64,000 bases of DNA from Alphaproteobacteria bacterium (GTDB taxonomy: Bacteria; Pseudomonadota; Alphaproteobacteria; UBA828): positions 2,080,001 through 2,144,000 of the forward strand of contig OZ243972.1 in assembly GCA_965214705.1 (NCBI GenBank), given 5' to 3'. Position numbers and translations under genes: made by a program. Below are positions 9,393 to 20,507 of the stretch, one piece after another. Under the pieces are notes generated by a model, which saw only the letters and a program-made list of their open reading frames with translations, was not told the DNA's origin and made no database searches. The first letter of the stretch is position 1; the number at the start of each line of letters is the position of its first letter.

Positions 9393-11447
9393 TTGCGATG
9401 ATGGGCTGATTTTCTGGCCCATCTGGGATTATGGCACTACGTTTGTGCGCTCATCGCGACACTCCCGGGAGCACCGCCCGGCGCCTGTGGGGATCCACCG
9501 TGAGGCCCGCCGCCTGCGCGATGACGCGCGCCTCGGCGTCGGGTTGAGCATCCTGGCGGATGACGATGCGGTTTCCGTCCACCTCCCGGATGGTGGAGGT
9601 GAGACGCACCCAGCCCGCGAGCTTGTCGCGGATCGTACTCCAGCGGTCATGCAAGCCGTGCGCCGCCAGACGGGTTCGCAGCAGATGAACCGCGTGGTAG
9701 GCGAGGACGGCGATGAACAGGTGGGCGGCGATGCGCGAGGTCTTGGAGTGCCAGACCGGGCGCAGGCCGATTTCGGATTTCAGGCTGCGGAAGGTGGCCT
9801 CGAGCTCTGTGAGCTTCCAGTAGGTTCGGACCACGGTTTCAAGATCCCACTCGACGTGGCTGGTGCGCAGCACATAGATGCCCGCTTGGCGGTCGCGCTC
9901 GGCATGGAGAGCGTTGCGCCTCCAGCGGACCGCACTGGCCCGCCCCTTCTCTCCGGGCTCGACCTCGATGTCGTACTGACGGTGGACGCGCCTGTACCTT
10001 TCCTTCAGCCGGCCCAGCTTCTCCATCACCTTGGTGAACTGCTTGATGTGGTTCTTCTTCGACAGCCCGCCATGCAGGGCGCGCAGGGCGTCCTCGAAGT
10101 TGTGACGCTGACGGGCGAGCACGGCCTCGTCCTTCTGCTGGCGCTCATGGCTCCAGACGCACAGGTGCGCTTCGTCGTCCCCTGCCGCGAGACGCCAGGC
10201 GCGGGCATCGTGGCCGGCCCGGGTTTCGAAGGCGGCATCGGCTTCGCGCCCGGGCGGCGCCGAGACGCCGCGGCGAACGGTGATCCAGTGATAGCCGCCC
10301 GCCCGCAGCCAGGCGAGGTTGGCCTCGGTGGAGATGCCGGCGTCCATGATGACCGTGGGCCTGGGGGCGTTGCTGCCGCGCGCTTGGCATTCCAGCCGCC
10401 CGATGGCGTCGGCGAGAGTGGCCGGCTCGGAGATGTTGCCGGGCAGGATCTCGCTGTGCTGCGGAAAGCCGGCCTGGTTCAGCGACAGGGCCAGGGTCAC
10501 GATCGGACAATCGTCACGCCTCTGCTTCGAGCGCCCGAAGCGGGCCAGCGCGGAGCTGGGCCGTCCGGTCATATGGGTGTTGGTCAGGTCGAAGAAGACG
10601 ATGGTGTCGGGGATGCCGAAGAGATCGCGCTCCCGGGCGCACAGCGCCTCTTCAAGCGCCGCGCGGTGACGCCACAAGAGGTCGCCGATGCGGTAGAGCT
10701 TGCTGAGCGTGAGCGACTTGCCGCTGTCGACATCGAGCAACTCCAGGGTCGCGCTGTTCGCGCTCAGCCAGCGGAAGGCCTCGCGCTCGCTGGAGGGATG
10801 GATCATGCGCGCGACCACCAGTGCCGCCGCGATGCGTGCGTCGCGCTCACTTGCGCCCAGCCTCTCCAGCGTCTCGATGAAGCGAAGGTCGTCAAGCGCG
10901 GCGAGAGCCAGGCGCTCGCAGCCCACCGAGCGGACCTGTTCGTGGGAGAGGCTATCGAGACGGACCGTGGCCAGGTCGCTCTCGTCCCCGGGCCGCGACG
11001 CGCCGAGATCGCGGGCGTGAAGCCGCCGTACGACGTCCTCGGCGACGGGGCGCAAGGCGGCATCCGGCTCCAGCAGCGGCTCGCTGCCGGCGAGAAGGGT
11101 TTCGATCAGAAGCGCCAATTCGCGCCATTGCTCCTCGGGCACACCGAAGTCGGCGCCGAGATTGAGGAGCGTGACCTGGCGCACCCTTCCGCCGATGCGT
11201 TCGCTGCGCACGAGGCGGTAGGTGGCATAGCGCTCGCCACCGTCTCCGCGACCGGTGAGGGTTTTGCGAATGAACATGGCGGCAGGGTCACGGACAGTTT
11301 GCGGACTGTCAAGGAGCGCCGGCCCACAGACCAAAGATTATGGCACTACAATGGACTTCCCAAAACACAATCCAACAAAATCAGTGCCTTAGATCCCAAA
11401 GGCTACCCAAAATCAGGCCTTCGGGACCGAAAAGTGGCAAAGATGGG
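9352..11447 (-). mobile_element. IS1634-family element B
   Basis: IRs CCCATCTTTGCCA / TGGCAAAGATGGG; 4-bp TSD TTAT. Confidence 0.93.
9451..11277 (-). CDS. IS1634-family transposase (divergent from element A)
   Basis: FDLTN, MDAG, LEATFRSLKSEIGLRP motifs. Confidence 0.9.
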   Translation of the reverse strand: MFIRKTLTGRGDGGERYATYRLVRSERIGGRVRQVTLLNLGADFGVPEEQWRELALLIETLLAGSEPLLEPDAALRPVAEDVVRRLHARDLGASRPGDESDLATVRLDSLSHEQVRSVGCERLALAALDDLRFIETLERLGASERDARIAAALVVARMIHPSSEREAFRWLSANSATLELLDVDSGKSLTLSKLYRIGDLLWRHRAALEEALCARERDLFGIPDTIVFFDLTNTHMTGRPSSALARFGRSKQRRDDCPIVTLALSLNQAGFPQHSEILPGNISEPATLADAIGRLECQARGSNAPRPTVIMDAGISTEANLAWLRAGGYHWITVRRGVSAPPGREADAAFETRAGHDARAWRLAAGDDEAHLCVWSHERQQKDEAVLARQRHNFEDALRALHGGLSKKNHIKQFTKVMEKLGRLKERYRRVHRQYDIEVEPGEKGRASAVRWRRNALHAERDRQAGIYVLRTSHVEWDLETVVRTYWKLTELEATFRSLKSEIGLRPVWHSKTSRIAAHLFIAVLAYHAVHLLRTRLAAHGLHDRWSTIRDKLAGWVRLTSTIREVDGNRIVIRQDAQPDAEARVIAQAAGLTVDPHRRRAVLPGVSR

Positions 11448-11845
11448 TTATGAGGCTGCGTCGATGCCGCTTCTTGTTGCCGGCATATCTCCCGTGACGG
11501 GAAACGTGTCCGCAACGTCGGAACCGTCCTGACCGGGCGTAGGTAGGAGGCCTATTTGACCATCCGCTTGAGGCCCATCAGCGTCCGCACCTTGACCGCC
11601 GCAGAAGCCAGCCTGGCCGATATCTCGATTTCTTCCCCCGTCCGCGGCGAGACATTGTCGTCGCCTTCCTGGCCGGCTTGCGCACTCGCCTGATCTTGAG
11701 AAGACCGAAAACCTCCTCTACCACGACCTGATCGTCGACAAGAGGCTTTGCTCGGGAACGCGGACGTAGAGGCTCCACGCGGCGCAGCAGTTCCCGTGCG
11801 AACGCTTCGGGAAATCTCGTTCGCGGTCTTGGGTCGGACAGCCTC

Positions 11846-12175
11846 TCACCGGGGCGGCTCCTCCGACCAAGAGCCCTGATTCTGAATGCAGGCAGCAAGG
11901 CCGGCTTCGTAGATCCACTCGGCCGCATCGTCGGGCTCTTCGCGGAAGGCGGCCTCTACCGCGTCAATGACCTCCTCGTAGAAGTCGCGGTCCAGCTCGA
12001 ACATGATGATCGCGGCCGGCTCGGCGTGGCGCTCCTCAAGGTCAAGCTCCTGGACCTCGTGATCGACGCAGGGCCAGATTACGTGCTCCATGATGTCATC
12101 ACGGGTCTGGGCACCGACTGTGCCGGGCAGGACGATTGCGGCGGCGAGCGCGGTGGCAATGATGATGGGTTTCAT
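11846..12175 (-). CDS. Small exported hypothetical protein
   Basis: Signal-peptide-like MKPIIIATALAAAIVLPGTVGA; GAAGGA RBS; acidic mature part with two Cys. Confidence 0.7.
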   Translation of the reverse strand: MKPIIIATALAAAIVLPGTVGAQTRDDIMEHVIWPCVDHEVQELDLEERHAEPAAIIMFELDRDFYEEVIDAVEAAFREEPDDAAEWIYEAGLAACIQNQGSWSEEPPR

Positions 12176-12563
12176 CGGTTCTGTCCTTCCTCATGAATCG
12201 CAGGGCCACTCGTCATTGCCGGCGGGTGGTCCCTTCTTGGGTCCGTGGAGTTGCGCGATGGCTTCCGCATTTTCTTCATATGCTGTTCCGGGGCCTTTTT
12301 GGGCATGATGTCAGCCATCTGCTCGGCGTGATTCTGTCGATACCGCCTTACCCGGATCGCGGCCATACGAAGCTCTCTCTGGTAGAGTCAGATGGTGGCG
12401 ACTACCGAAGCACCGGTAATGCCTGCCCATATGTGAATTGGCAGAACTGCTGCCATACCGACAGTCGGTTCTATGATCAGAATCGCGGTATGGAGGGCAG
12501 CCACTGGAATATGCTTCCGCATCGCGCCACCATCTTGATTCCCTGCTCCACGCCAACTGGCCT

Positions 12564-12929
12564 CTAAAATTCCCCTTCTTCTGGGTCCTTAAGGTGGCGA
12601 TGGGGATCCATCGAGTCGTGCAGCACGCGAAGCACATCGATCGTGGGCGGCTCAGACGGTTCGCCGACACGGTAGAGAACGAGATGCCGCCCTCTCCGTC
12701 CACCGCGCGCCACATGCAGCGTCATGAGACCAGGGGCAATGTCGTCGCGTGGCCTGGAACCGGTAACCTGCGGTCCCGCCGTCAGCGCCTGGATAGCAAG
12801 CCTCAGGATTTCGCCATAGACATGCGCTTGCGCAGTTCCAAACCGCTCGGACGTCCAGTGCAGGATGCTCCGATAGTCACCTTCGGCCGCGGCGGTCAGG
12901 CGAACTCGCCACCGGCCGCCGCCGGTCAT
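12564..12929 (-). CDS. parE: ParE/RelE-family toxin
   Basis: VRLTAAAEGDY...HLVLYR...IDVLRVLHDSMD; 4-nt overlap with the antitoxin. Confidence 0.88.
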   Translation of the reverse strand: MTGGGRWRVRLTAAAEGDYRSILHWTSERFGTAQAHVYGEILRLAIQALTAGPQVTGSRPRDDIAPGLMTLHVARGGRRGRHLVLYRVGEPSEPPTIDVLRVLHDSMDPHRHLKDPEEGEF

Positions 12930-13231
12930 CGCTCAACTTCGCTGATGGACGAGCGGTCGGCAATCTCGTCTGGGGATAGCGCGGAAAGGTGAGCCCCCAA
13001 CGCATCAGCCGTGTCGAACGCGAGGAAGCGTCCGGCTGCAATGTCGGCGATGCCGGTCTCTGCAGCTTCGCGCATGGCCTTGAGGCGTATCTCATCCTCC
13101 GATTCCTGCCGCTCGACCAGCCTGAGCCCTTCGCGCAGGACCTCACTGGCATTCTGGTAGCGGCCGGACGCCACAAGTTTGGCGACCAGGGACGCCTGAT
13201 GTTCGGTGAGCACCACATTGCGCGTCGGCAT
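12926..13231 (-). CDS. parD: ParD-family RHH antitoxin
   Basis: MPTRNVVLT...LVASGRYQNASEVLREGLRL. Confidence 0.9.
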   Translation of the reverse strand: MPTRNVVLTEHQASLVAKLVASGRYQNASEVLREGLRLVERQESEDEIRLKAMREAAETGIADIAAGRFLAFDTADALGAHLSALSPDEIADRSSISEVER

Positions 13232-13410
13232 GACGCTTCCTCCCACTGCGGGCGTATGTTGGCATATTATGCTAGTATCCGTTCGTCTGAAAGGTCTCAT
13301 GGTAGGGCCGCAAGGGGGCGGCAGGAGCGGAATTTCGTTGCCGGCGCGGCGGACCGCGCAATGGTGACGTGCGGGCCCAACCCCGGCGGCGTAGCCAAGC
13401 GACCGCCTGG

Positions 13411-13707
13411 CTATGACATCCTGCCTCCCATGGAGGCGAGAATGATGCGTTCGACCCTGTCCAGGGAGCAGCCCATTTGGATGTTGAGGGCGTCGCACGC
13501 CTTCTGGACCTCCTCCCAGCTGTCCATCTCCATTTTGGTGGGGAAGTAGCCGGGACCCTCCGCCGGTACGATCCGGATTGGGCGGGAACCTTCGCGCACC
13601 TCGGGGGCGGGCATCAGCACATGGGGGTTGGAAACGGAGTCGTACAGGGTTCCGTCTTCTTCGATGAAGCTGCATTTGCAGAGCTTTTCGGCGATGACCC
13701 GCTTCAC
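13411..13707 (-). CDS. Hypothetical protein
   Basis: GGAGG RBS before GTG; protein-like composition. Confidence 0.55.
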   Translation of the reverse strand: MKRVIAEKLCKCSFIEEDGTLYDSVSNPHVLMPAPEVREGSRPIRIVPAEGPGYFPTKMEMDSWEEVQKACDALNIQMGCSLDRVERIILASMGGRMS

Positions 13708-14471
13708 GAAGCGTCCTCCGTGCCGGGGGCTACGGTCTGACCAGACTGTCGCCGTCGGGCATTGGGGGCTCGCTGCGCCGGTGCGAACCCTATTGGCGTA
13801 CGGGCCAAACGGCTTCCTTCACCGGAGTGCCGAAGGCGATTCGGTATTCCTCAACATGGCAGGCCGCGACGCTGGCTGAAAGAACGTAGTCCATGATCGG
13901 GAGCGTCCTTGAGTCGCATGGTTCCAGCTCCCGCAAGTGAAACTGTCAAGGATCGAACCGAACGGTGCCGTTATTGCGTCGAGGACTCGTTACGCAAACC
14001 GCACGCCGAGTATCAAAGACAGCCTCTCTCGCGGAACGCCGTAAAATTGACGCCGCTGGCGTGTACCAGCCGCGTTTTACCTAGCGCGCCGAGCCGAAAT
14101 ACGGTCTCCCTGTTGCCGTAGGGGATGCGCGATGGCGTGCTGCTATCTGAGCTTGTGTGGACCACCGGAGACTGCTGAGGCGACCACGCAAGGCTGCTCG
14201 ATCCGCTAAGACGCCGGGTCCTGGTTCGTCGGCTACCCCGCTTCTGCGTCGTCGGAGGTAAGGCGGATATCTCTGCACTGCCGCGCCCTCCGACCCAATA
14301 GACGTCCAGATTCTCTCAACGTCTATCCCAACACTCTCACCACTATAATCTAAACTCCAGTGGTATCATTAAGAGATCCCCGAACACTATCCTTCACTTT
14401 ATCTACAAGCCGTTTACTTGGAGATTTTGAACCCGTTTCGTGCTTTGCTATAGCCAAGCTGATTAAGTCCA

Positions 14472-14638
14472 AAGGCTTATCCCTTTGAGCACGGCTTGCC
14501 CAAATGTGGAATGCCAGCTTGCCCACCCTGCAGTTGCTAACGCTATGAAAGGGCTAGAAAACAGGATCCATGGCAAATGACTTCGTCGAAGCAGCCGGTA
14601 CAGCATCTTGGGGAGCCGGAACCAGAGGGATAAGCCCT
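14472..14638. mobile_element. 167-bp MITE with IS1595-type ends
   Basis: IRs AAGGCTTATCCCT / AGGGATAAGCCCT; 8-bp TSD TAAGTCCA; removal restores host frame (ILDL-ISLAIAKHE). Confidence 0.9.
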
Positions 14639-14767
14639 TAAGTCCAAAATACTATCTTTAGTTTTGGAGCTCACAAATCCATACCTGTATTGGCCACGCA
14701 GCATGTGAAAGGTCTTTAGAAGGTAGAAGGAGTTTCTAGGCAATCGCTTGATGTAATCACCTATTAA

Positions 14768-15969
14768 GGAAAGTCTGAACAACCCCATCTTGGCGGCTTC
14801 GAGGGGGAGAGGGGGCTTGGATTTGAAGCTCGACGATATTGCCGGCAGGCCGGGGGCTGCTTTTGTCGCGGGATACGGAGCGAACGGGCGATATCCGCGT
14901 CGATCCGCCGCATTCCCCGTCGTCCCGCCGGCGGCGGGCGGACTGCTCCCCTGTCATTGCGTCGCGTAGCGGCCGGCGATCAGCAGGTTCGAGAACCCCA
15001 GCAGCAACGCGATGCGCTGCCTGTTCTTCGCCACGCCCCGGTAGCGCACCTTGGCGTAGCCGAAGTGCCGCTTCACGTACAGGAACGGATGCTCCACCTT
15101 CGCCCGCACCGACGCCTTGCGCTTCTCGGCCGCCGCTTCGGCGCCACCCCCGGCCAGCAGCCGGCGCCGCCCCGGCTTCATCGCCACACGCCACTCGACA
15201 CTGCCATCCCGGTGCTCAGGACGCTTCTCCACCCCCTGGTAGCCTGCGTCGCCCCACGCCGTCACCTCGGCGCCATGCAGCAGCGCTCCCGCCTGCGTCA
15301 CGTCGCTTGCGTTGGCCGCCGTCGTCACCACGCTGTGCGCCAGACCAGACCCGGCGTCTACCCCGATGTGCGCCTTCATCCCGAAATACCACTGCTTGCC
15401 CTTCCTCGTCTGACGCATCTCAGGGTCCCGTGCGCGGCGCCGGTTCTTCGTCGACGACGGCGCCTCGATGATGCTCGCGTCAACGATCGTCCCCGTGCGC
15501 AGCCAATGGCCGCGCGACGCCAGGTGCGCATTGATCTCCTCGAACAGACCCGCGCCCAGGCCGTGCCTCTCCAGCAGATGCCGGAAGTTCAGGATGGTGG
15601 TCTCGTCGGGCAGCGCCTCCGTCAGGCGCAGCCCCACGAAACGCCTCACCGACTCCACCTCGTAGAGCAGGTCCTCCATCCCCGGATCGCTCAGGTTGTA
15701 GAACAGCTGCACGCAGTGAACGCGCAGCATCACCCTAAGCGGGTACGGGCGCCGACCGCGCCCCGCCTTCGGATAGAACGGCTCGATCCGCCGTTCCAGC
15801 CGCTCCCAGGGAACCAGCTTGTCCATCTTCTCCAGGAACAGCTCGCGCCGCGTCCGGCGCTTCTTCAAGTCGTGCTCCAGTTCCGAAAAGCTCGCCTGTG
15901 CCATGACCCGATCATCCAATCTGCGACTCCTACGAAAATCATGGCACACCCGACTTGATCAGACCTTCC
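14768..15969 (-). mobile_element. IS5-family element (1202 bp)
   Basis: IRs GGAAAGTCTGAACAA / TTGATCAGACCTTCC; TSD TTAA. Confidence 0.95.
14954..15904 (-). CDS. IS5-family transposase
   Basis: PDETTILNFRHLLE, WYFGMKAHIGVD, RAKVEHPF. Confidence 0.95.
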   Translation of the reverse strand: MAQASFSELEHDLKKRRTRRELFLEKMDKLVPWERLERRIEPFYPKAGRGRRPYPLRVMLRVHCVQLFYNLSDPGMEDLLYEVESVRRFVGLRLTEALPDETTILNFRHLLERHGLGAGLFEEINAHLASRGHWLRTGTIVDASIIEAPSSTKNRRRARDPEMRQTRKGKQWYFGMKAHIGVDAGSGLAHSVVTTAANASDVTQAGALLHGAEVTAWGDAGYQGVEKRPEHRDGSVEWRVAMKPGRRRLLAGGGAEAAAEKRKASVRAKVEHPFLYVKRHFGYAKVRYRGVAKNRQRIALLLGFSNLLIAGRYATQ

Positions 15970-18900
15970 TTAACTCCTGCCAACCCGCTGGTCTGCTTTT
16001 CACAACGACACTAGCCACAAGAAATTCTCCTGGCCCGGAGCCGCCAGACCTCAACCACATCTCAAACAATGGGGTCATCCTTGGAGAGGCAATATCCCTC
16101 TCGTGTTCTGCAACTACGGTTGCGGGGATTGAATCGACAATACTGTTCCATAACTCCTCTCCCTCCAACTTTTCGAACCCAGCTCCCAGGCCAAATTTAA
16201 TGTGGTCAAACACAGCAAAACGCTCTTCCGCCATTATTGGGCTCAGAATAAACAACACCTGCATCTCTTTGCTCCAAGCGCGTACGACTTCGTGCAGCAG
16301 CTCCCCCTTTATCTCAGAACTTACGTAGTCGCTGTTTCTCAAGGCGCGAGCGGCCGCTTTCAGGACCTGCATACACTCAAACAAACTGGAATCCCTCACA
16401 AACGCTCGAATATTCTGGTTGTAAGGCACACTGCGGTCATACCGGCCGTCGGCTATCTGATCCTTCAATGCCACAGGCAGAGTAGACCGGGCCGCTTCCT
16501 CTCTTAGGTGTTTCTTTAACCTTCCTATTGCCTGCTGGTTGGGACTCCACTTCGCAGCTGAATATGGATCAAAATCGCCATCCATCCCCGTTCTGCGCTC
16601 GAAGCCGTCGTTTACGTCACGCAAATCAGCCGTCAATATTCTCAATAGCTCTTCCCGCCGTCGATCGACACCAGAATAGAACTCAATAACTTCTGGAAAA
16701 CTCATATAAAAAGAGTCCTTCAGAACAAACTCGCAAAATGCGGCACCATGATGCATCCTGTGCGCTCCGAAAAATATATCCAATGAACATATCTGAAATG
16801 ATACAGCACTCCGCCTCGACAATAATATTTTCACAACTCATAACCTCGAAAAGCTTCGCACAGTCAACATCAATCGACATATTGGTGCAAAACTTTGCAG
16901 ACGAAACGATAAATTCCTTTTTTGTGAAGCCATTTCGTCTTTGACGGATAAGGTCTTCGCAAAATGCCCCTATGACAGCCAGCGCATCCTTCATATCTGG
17001 AAAATTACCATAGTCGGGAACCTTCCTATAGGAGAAAAAAATCAAAAACAAAAATCTCTCGAACATGTCCGCTCGGTTAACCGGACTGTAATCTATCCCA
17101 CTAGCGTAAATTGCCAGCAGCGTCAGGCATACCAAAGGTGTTCTGTGAACATTTAGATTCTCGATGTCATCAGCTAACCTTTGCAAGGCCGCGTTCTCGT
17201 CAAGATCATAACCAGCGGAAATGAACTTTTGCACTATTTCGCGCATCTGACCTCGTTCGAGTGACCACAAGAAAAATACGTCTAACTCAGCATCGAGCTG
17301 CCCCTCATACTGCCACACGGCAACTTCACTATCGCTCAATCCCAGCAGAATCGTGAGGGGAACCTGAGGATGAGTCTTCTTGATGTTGTTAATCTTCCGA
17401 TAGTTAATCGGGCCGCTTTCATCCAGTATAATAGCACTAAGGTCAGCTGCATTCAATCCAAGCTCGTCAATCCGATCCCGAATGTAGCTCTGAATTCCTG
17501 TCTCATGATTTTGGAGCTCGCTCGCATTTATACATAGAGCGAACTTCCGAGGCTTTGACTTCCAGGCCGAAAGAGCCAGGTATCGCCCCAGACTACTCAA
17601 GCCAAATTGACGGGGCGCAATTACAAAGCAGTCGCGAAAAGGCTCGCGCAACGAGTCGGACGTTAAAACTATTGCGGAGTTGTCATCCGAACTAGATTCA
17701 GTTTGATCGGCAATATTGGCACCACCCATACAGCAGGAAAGGACGCGTAACACTTCAAACAAGCGTTCACATTGTTCTGTAGTAAGGCCAATATTCTACC
17801 ATACGCATGACAGTCGGGCTCAACGGTCGATTCGAAGTCTCCGATTTGGCCGTGGCGCAAAGTGACTATGCCGGTATCGTTCCTGGAAAACATTGTTCCG
17901 GCAACAAATCTGTCGTGAGCCCATTGTCGGTAGTGAATGTTCAGGGAAGTCAGTTCGTCATCAATTACAAGAATAGAATATCCTAGAAGATCAGACTTCT
18001 GCGAAAACAATTGTGGCGCCGAGCAGTGTACGTAAGAATCTGTGCCGTTGGTGATGTGAAAGGATTCTTGGTTGTGGACGTGGCCGTTAAGACCAAATCA
18101 AAATAACGTAAGCACAAGGATCTAATTTCCTCTTCGGCCCAATCTGTTAACCATTCGAAGGGGTGATGCATAATAAGGATCTTATATCCATGGCCAGATT
18201 CTTCTAGCCATGCGTGCAACCTTCTCGTCTCAACCGGAAGTTCTTTATCATCACTTATAGTGTTTTGGTTTTCATCGCGCAGGCCTCCGAAGGAGTATAG
18301 GGCGGTGTCTAAGCAGTAGATGCCAATACTGTTCGGAAGATCAAATCCACGTCCACAGAACGATGCAGCTGTGAGCGGCCAATCGGAAATGGACGCCTGC
18401 CACTCCAAGAAGGGCAGGAATTTCGATTTTAAAAGATGTTCCTGAGAGCCATATACTGTATCGTTGAATTGTGTTTCGGTGGTCTCTCTCTCCTGTAGTC
18501 CCTTTAGGAGAGGTAAATTCGTCTTTGTGAATTCTCTGTCAATGTCGTGATTTCCAGGGACAATAATCGACCGTTGGCGGGTTATGCCAAGTGCATTTAG
18601 TCTTTCTCCAAATATGCTAGTAAATACTGGTAGGCTTCTCGTTCAGTACCCTCCTGAAGTATATCTCCAGTGAATGCTACGAATACTTCGTCCATTTCGC
18701 TGATTTGTCGCTGCAAGTCAGCGAAAAACTCACGTAAAACGACACCTTGTTCTTCGTGCCAGTTCTTGCGCAAGTGCAAATCAGAGATATGTAGAATTGT
18801 GGTTGGCATTTTGACTTAGACTCATTCAAGACTTGGGGAAAGAATTGTATCGACATTGGCGGTCGTTATCAAGAGGGACATTTCTTGAGGTGGATTTCGG

Positions 18901-19270
18901 CCGGTGGGGGGCGGGCGATGGCATGCGAAGTGGCAGTTCAATTGAATTTTGGTTGGGCTGTCAGGATTGAATGTCTGATGGTGGTGAGGGCAAGATTGAG
19001 GGGCGTATTGTTAGTTGGGCGGTTCGAGATGGGTACCTTGGTCTGGCGCATGGCTGACAGGACGGGAACTGAGATGTCGGCAGTTACTAGGGTTTTGTGA
19101 GGGGATGCGAACCGGCGCCGGTGGTCGCTCAATCGTTGGCGGGGGTCAGTCATCCGGATGCCGCAAAGCCTCCGGACGCTCAAGCGGTGCGCCCGAATAT
19201 GCCTAGCCCGGCGCTCGCCTAGATTCAATAACTATATGAATTGACATACTTTTTCCGGACAGCGCGACTT

Positions 19271-19292
19271 TCTATCCCTAAATCAATCCCAC
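19271..19292. repeat. Putative integrase arm-type sites (possible distal island end)
   Basis: TCTATCCCTAAATCAATCCCAC has the same pattern and spacing as TCTGTCCCTGTTTCTGTCCCAC at 63540. Confidence 0.45.
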
Positions 19293-19985
19293 ACCAAGTA
19301 TGATACTTGTGCGTCCTCCCGTAGACCTCCGGATACCTCAATCATCGTGGCTGATGTCACCATGGTAATCCCTCGGTGGGTCGGGATGACACGGGCGGAC
19401 AGCCATGTTGGACGTCCGTTGGGCCAACAGAATGATCCCTGTACACGATGGTTTCAAGGTTGCAACCCTCCGGCGGGACCGTTCCACGGTTCGGCCGAAG
19501 CCTTACCATTGATGTCAGGCGTTCCGTCGCGCCGTCGAGGCCAGGTAGGGTCTACCGATGGAGGAGCGTTCCCAGGTTCCTCCGTGGCGGTCGGACCGGG
19601 TCGCAGACGATGACCGCATAGAGGAGGGTCGCCGAGCGCGACCTGATGTCGCCGGGCGTGGCGCGCTGCGAGCCCTGTTCGCGCAGGCACCGCGAGAGCT
19701 CGGGAGCGTTTCGCGGCATCCCGCTCTGGGACCCGAACTGTACGGTGATCGGGATCGCCACCGGCCGGGAGCATGGCCCCTATGACAGCGAGGCCGATGT
19801 CGCGCTCCGCCTGGCCTTCGTCAAGCTCTCGCGAAGTGATGTCAAGGTCGCTGCCATCGGACTGACTGACGTCGGCGATCGCCGCCAGCCGGGCCCTTCA
19901 GACGTTCCTGCGAACGTCGTGGACCGTGCTCACGAAACCGCCGCGATTCCAAGCCCACGGATATAGCGACACCGATTGATCAACC

Positions 19986-20414
19986 TCACACAACGCGGGT
20001 CTCGAGCACGAGGTCCCGGCCGAGCGCCCGCACGGCCTCGTGGATGCGGTTCGCGGAACTGCGGTGACGCGGATCGAGCATCCTGCGCACGGCCTTTTCG
20101 TCGATGCCAAGGCGGGCGGCCAGCGCAACACGGGTCGTTCCGGTTTCGCGAAGCGCCACTGCCAGCGCTGCCTTCACCGCGGTGTCGGCGGGCACAGAAA
20201 CAAGATACTCGCCCGATCGGCACGCGCTGGGTTCCGGGATCGGTTCGGGGTCGTCGATGCGGCCGGCGATGGCCTCCTCGAGCGCGTCGGCGGCCTCGGT
20301 CAGTGCTTCGGTTTCGTCGGCGCCGGACGTCAGACACTCCGGCAAATCGCGGAACGAGACGACAATCTCGTCGACTCCGGTGCGCTGCAATTGCGCGGGA
20401 TAGATGAAGCGCAT
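19986..20414 (-). CDS. hicB: HicB-family antitoxin (no adjacent hicA)
   Basis: VVSFRDLPECLTSGADETEALTEAADAL plus C-terminal HTH. Confidence 0.88.
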   Translation of the reverse strand: MRFIYPAQLQRTGVDEIVVSFRDLPECLTSGADETEALTEAADALEEAIAGRIDDPEPIPEPSACRSGEYLVSVPADTAVKAALAVALRETGTTRVALAARLGIDEKAVRRMLDPRHRSSANRIHEAVRALGRDLVLETRVV

Positions 20415-20507
20415 GGTTGGCTCCTCCATTCAGCCCTGGCGACAGTCGCTCCGCTGAAGAGCCAGCGGGCGGATCACCGGAAATCCCTCGACAAATCCAA
20501 GGGCCGT

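Larger units (their letters stand above)
14350..18809 (-). pseudogene. Calcineurin-like metallophosphoesterase + degenerate STAND-like NTPase + helical C-terminus (about 1020 aa), disrupted
   Basis: ISDLH, TGDI, PGNHD, MHHP and (G)HVH motifs across frameshifts; IAPRQFGLS and IILDE Walker-like motifs; frame rejoins after removing IS5 and the MITE; AT-rich. Confidence 0.8.

Noticed and set aside
9367-11532. Long antisense ORFs (also 5314..7347, 3086..4798, 48727..50142, 50063..52663, 46527..48149)
   Set aside because: Shadows of GC-rich genes on the opposite strand, with no recognisable motifs.
19100-19240. tRNA or tmRNA fragment at the presumed att site
   Set aside because: No T-loop/CCA pattern or cloverleaf recognisable.
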